NCBI GenBank assembly: GCA_046590495.1
Contig: JBKJTE010000029.1
Location: forward strand, 329-64,328
Length of the DNA stretch: 64,000 nt
Source of the DNA: Gemmatimonas sp.
GTDB lineage: Bacteria; Gemmatimonadota; Gemmatimonadetes; Gemmatimonadales; Gemmatimonadaceae
Direction of reading: 5' to 3'
Part shown: positions 60,912 to 64,000 of the stretch, piece after piece
Layout of the letters: every line of letters starts with the position of its first letter
Numbering within the stretch: the first letter of the stretch is position 1
The notes under the pieces: model-generated
Told to the model about the DNA's origin: nothing
The model's input: the letters and a program-made list of their open reading frames with translations, nothing else
Databases searched by the model: none
Program-made: the position numbers and the translations under genes

Positions 60912-62252
60912 CTACGCTGTGCGTGCCGTACTGAAGCTTGCCGACGAGGCCGTGTTCGCCGAGACCCCGGCGACCGCAGCCGCGCGTGCGATCGCCGCTT
61001 TGTCGGGGGGCAACAGCGTGGTCGGCGACAGAAGTGCATTGTTGCGGACCGTTGGGCCGACGGCACTGGAACGACGCCCGGCGACTCGCGTTGACGCGGC
61101 GACGGTGAGTTTGCGACGGCGCTTACGCGCATACAACAGCTGATCGGCGCGCACGAGCAATTCGCTCAGCGACGCGTTGTCGCTCGGGCGGACTCGCGTG
61201 TATCCGATGGTGAGTGAGAGTGGAGCCGCGAGTTCGCCGCTTGCGTTGAGCAACGCAATCCGCTCTTCGATACGACGCTGAATGAGTCGGGCTGCAACCC
61301 CATCAGCATCGAGTGCCATGATCGTGAACTCGTCGCCGCCCATCCGGGAGACGAGGTCGCAATCGCGCACCGCACGACGGAGCAGGCGTCCCACGGCCAT
61401 CAGCGCACGATCGCCTTCTCCATGACCGTATGAATCGTTGAGCTGCTTGAAGTCATCCATGTCGACGTACAGCAGCACAACATCTTTTTCCTGACGACGC
61501 GCGATCCGCAAATGCTGTTCGGCGAGCGTCAGGAAACCACGACGGTTGTAGAGCTGCGTGAGATGGTCAGTGAGCGACGCGCGACGCAGGCGAACTTCTT
61601 CGCGCTTGCGCGTCGAGATATCACGAATGGTCACCGCGACGCCCTCGGCGGTCGGTACGGCCTGGTGCAGCAACCAGCTGGCGGCAAACCGCCGACGATC
61701 GACGCGGACATCTTCAGCGAGCGCCGTGTTCAGCGCGATCGCATCGACGTACTGCTCGAGCAGGAGGTTAGAGACGTGTTCGGGCAGGTCGCGGCGCAGC
61801 CGACGTCCAACGAGCTCATCGCGGGTTGACCGCACGAGGCGAGCACCGGTGGGGTTGGCATCGGTGATCTCGAAATCGGTCACTTGCCCGGTGTCGTTAC
61901 GCAGCGCGCGCAGCAGGAAGACGCCGTCAGAGCTCGCATGCATCGCGTCTTGCAGGCGACGCATCTCCTGCCGAAGCGCACTCTCATCGGAGCCACGACG
62001 CGCCGTCTCGCGGTGCATCAGCCACCAGCCGCCCAGCGCTAGAACCAACGCAGCGAAAGAGAGGAACGGCGCAGCTTCGTCGAGCGACGCAAGTCCGACC
62101 GTGAGTGGGCGCACGGTCAGTTCCGAGAAACCGACGCCCCCGTGCAGCGCAGACCCACGAGCGGCACCATCGATGGACGCGAGTCCACCGGTGATGGAGA
62201 GGAACGCGAGTGCTCCCCAGTAGGTCGCGCGGGTGGTCAGACGATCGAGCAT
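60912..62252 (-). CDS. Membrane-anchored PAS-GGDEF diguanylate cyclase
   Basis: Active site GGDEFTIMAL with upstream DHLTQLYNRRGF, a PAS-like middle region and N-terminal TM segments. ATG at 62252 (MLDRLTTRATYWG...). Confidence 0.85.
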   Translation of the reverse strand: MLDRLTTRATYWGALAFLSITGGLASIDGAARGSALHGGVGFSELTVRPLTVGLASLDEAAPFLSFAALVLALGGWWLMHRETARRGSDESALRQEMRRLQDAMHASSDGVFLLRALRNDTGQVTDFEITDANPTGARLVRSTRDELVGRRLRRDLPEHVSNLLLEQYVDAIALNTALAEDVRVDRRRFAASWLLHQAVPTAEGVAVTIRDISTRKREEVRLRRASLTDHLTQLYNRRGFLTLAEQHLRIARRQEKDVVLLYVDMDDFKQLNDSYGHGEGDRALMAVGRLLRRAVRDCDLVSRMGGDEFTIMALDADGVAARLIQRRIEERIALLNASGELAAPLSLTIGYTRVRPSDNASLSELLVRADQLLYARKRRRKLTVAASTRVAGRRSSAVGPTVRNNALLSPTTLLPPDKAAIARAAAVAGVSANTASSASFSTARTA

Positions 62253-62589
62253 GTCTAGGTCGGCAAGGTCCGTGGTGATCCGTTGAAACCGTCGTCGGTT
62301 TCGAATCCATCGATCCCGCTGGGAGCTGGGATCACCCCGAGACTGGACGCAACGGGCATGCCAAACTCGACCATTCAGTACAATCCACGGGCTGCACACT
62401 CGACAATGACTGCTCAACTCGTTTGGCAGCAATCGCTTAGCCCAGCTGAAACGCAGTCACGCAACCCCTGCGTCCATGCCGGCTACGCACGTGGAAGCGG
62501 GCCCGTTACGTACGTCGTGACGGTCCAGACCGACCGTCCTCAGACCGGCAATTCTGGCCGGTCAGGCTTTGCCGAGTGGCGTTGGCGGG

Positions 62590-64000
62590 CTAGTCAGCGC
62601 CGAGGAGGAGACGCTTCTCGAGGGCGGCATAGCGGGCCGCGCCGTCGCGATCCGGGAAGAGCAGCGAAACCAGGATGCCGGTCGCAAAGGAGAGCGGAAT
62701 CGAGATCAGCGCCGGGTTCTTGAGCGGGAAGAGGGCGCTGGTGTGGTGAAGCAGGTCGATCTGCACGGCGGGTGAGAGCGCGATGAGCCCGAGCGTTGCA
62801 ACGGTGCCGATCACCATGCTGGACGCCGCGCCGGCCGTACTCGTTTTGCGCCAGAAGACGCTGAGTACGAGGGCCGGGAAATTGGCGCTCGCTGCGATCG
62901 CGAAAGCCAGACCGACCATGAAGGCGACGTTCTGTCCTTTGAATGCGATGCCGAGTGTCATGGCGATCAGCGCGAGGCCGATCGTCGCTATACGCGCGAC
63001 CAGCAGCTCTTCACCGGGCTTGGGCTTGCCGCGACGAATGACCGAGGACCAAAGGTCGTGCGAGATTGCTGCCGCGCCGGAGAGTGCGAGGCCCGCCACG
63101 ACCGCCAGAATTGTGGCGAAGGCAACTGCGGCGATGAAGCCAAGGAACGGTCGTCCGCCCAGCAGCTGTGCGAGCATCGGCGCCGCCATATTTCCGCCAG
63201 CGTCGACCGCCTTGATCGCTGCAGGTCCGACGAGCACCATCGCGCCGAAACCGAGAACAAACGTCATCAAGTAGAACATCCCGATGAGTCCTGTCGCGAT
63301 GAAGACGGATTTTCTCGCCGCCTTGGCGTCGGGCACGGTGTAGAAGCGCATCAGGATGTGCGGCAGGCCAGCCGTGCCGAACATGAGTGCGAGCCCGAGT
63401 GAAATCGCATCAAGTGGATTGGAGACGAGCTTTCCTGGCGCGAGCACACCGGCCCCGTACTGCGCGGCCGCTTGCGCAAAGAGTTCGCGCGGATCGAAGT
63501 GAAAACGGGAGAGTACCAGCAGCGCGAGCGCAGCGGCGCCACCGAGCAACAACACCGCTTTGACGATCTGCACCCACGTGGTCGCCAGCATGCCACCAAA
63601 GAGCACGTACGCCATCATCGCAAAGCCGACGATCACGACCGCAAGCTCGTATGGGATGCCGAAAAGCAGTTTGATCAGACCACCAGCACCAACCATCTGC
63701 GCGATGAGATAGAACGCGATGGTCGCGAGCGTCCCGCACGCCGCCGCGATGCGGACGGGGATCGGATCGAGGCGCGCGGCGACGACGTCGGCGAATGTGT
63801 AGCGACCGAGGTTGCGCAGGGGTTCGGCGATGAGAAAGAGCACGACAGGCCAGCCGACCAACCATCCGGTCGAGTAGATCAGTCCATCAAAACCGCTGGT
63901 CGAGACCAGTCCCGCGATACCGAGAAAGGATGCGGCGCTCATGTAATCGCCCGCCAGTGCAATCCCGTTCTGGCCTGCCGTGACGGTACGACCGGCTGCG
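62590..64000 (-). CDS. actP: Cation/acetate symporter ActP (SSS family), 5' end beyond the right window edge
   Basis: [56 protein letters not shown] matches the ActP core. The reading frame stays open upstream of the track M at 63942 (…[18 protein letters not shown]), so the gene continues past 64000. Confidence 0.85.
   Translation of the reverse strand, partial: AAGRTVTAGQNGIALAGDYMSAASFLGIAGLVSTSGFDGLIYSTGWLVGWPVVLFLIAEPLRNLGRYTFADVVAARLDPIPVRIAAACGTLATIAFYLIAQMVGAGGLIKLLFGIPYELAVVIVGFAMMAYVLFGGMLATTWVQIVKAVLLLGGAAALALLVLSRFHFDPRELFAQAAAQYGAGVLAPGKLVSNPLDAISLGLALMFGTAGLPHILMRFYTVPDAKAARKSVFIATGLIGMFYLMTFVLGFGAMVLVGPAAIKAVDAGGNMAAPMLAQLLGGRPFLGFIAAVAFATILAVVAGLALSGAAAISHDLWSSVIRRGKPKPGEELLVARIATIGLALIAMTLGIAFKGQNVAFMVGLAFAIAASANFPALVLSVFWRKTSTAGAASSMVIGTVATLGLIALSPAVQIDLLHHTSALFPLKNPALISIPLSFATGILVSLLFPDRDGAARYAALEKRLLLGAD

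Noticed and set aside
62543-62563. Inverted repeat GACCGGC-N7-GCCGGTC about 30 nt downstream of the actP stop, and GAAACCG-tcgt-CGGTTTC at 62291-62308 in the GGDEF leader.
   Set aside because: The stems are short (7 bp) without a following U-tract, so chance occurrence in GC-rich DNA is plausible. That is not enough to call a terminator or riboswitch.

Overview
GC-rich bacterial window with no rRNA, tRNA, CRISPR array, IS element or integrase that I could see. Positions 1-38.5 kb are a complete purple-bacterial-type photosynthesis gene cluster (PGC; type-2 reaction centre plus the BChl a pathway). Its order is bchG' | ppsR-ppaA | bchFNBHLM-orf-acsF-lhaA-puhA(split)-puhB-puhC | 5-gene insert | pufB-pufA-pufA'-pufL-pufM-pufC | bchO | bchCXYZ | crtF | bchI-bchD-puhE. 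Many gene junctions are translationally coupled (ATGA, TGATG, GTGA), and TGT-N12-ACA PpsR/CrtJ-type palindromes sit in the promoter gaps. Several features are unusual: the H subunit is split into two ORFs, there is one beta gene but two tandem alpha antenna genes, PufM has a tail about 80 aa long, and bchO and puhE are relocated. These match what I recall of Gemmatimonas-type (Gemmatimonadota) PGCs acquired from Proteobacteria; that taxonomic call is inference and needs a database search. The least explained element is a tightly packed vWA / PP2C phosphatase / Ser-Thr kinase triad followed by two paralogous single-pass membrane proteins (16.9-23.1 kb). It sits between the puf and puh operons, directly downstream of pufC. 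The right 25 kb holds a tripartite efflux operon (TolC-like OMP, periplasmic adaptor, stand-alone ABC ATPase) followed by eight tandem FtsX/MacB-type permease genes arranged as four diverged A/B pairs. After that come a 1381-aa multi-TM sensor histidine kinase, a tandem pseudokinase-kinase, an aldehyde dehydrogenase, a PAS-GGDEF protein and a truncated actP. All functional calls rest on motif and family recognition in the supplied translations plus my own translation of short ORFs; no searches were run.
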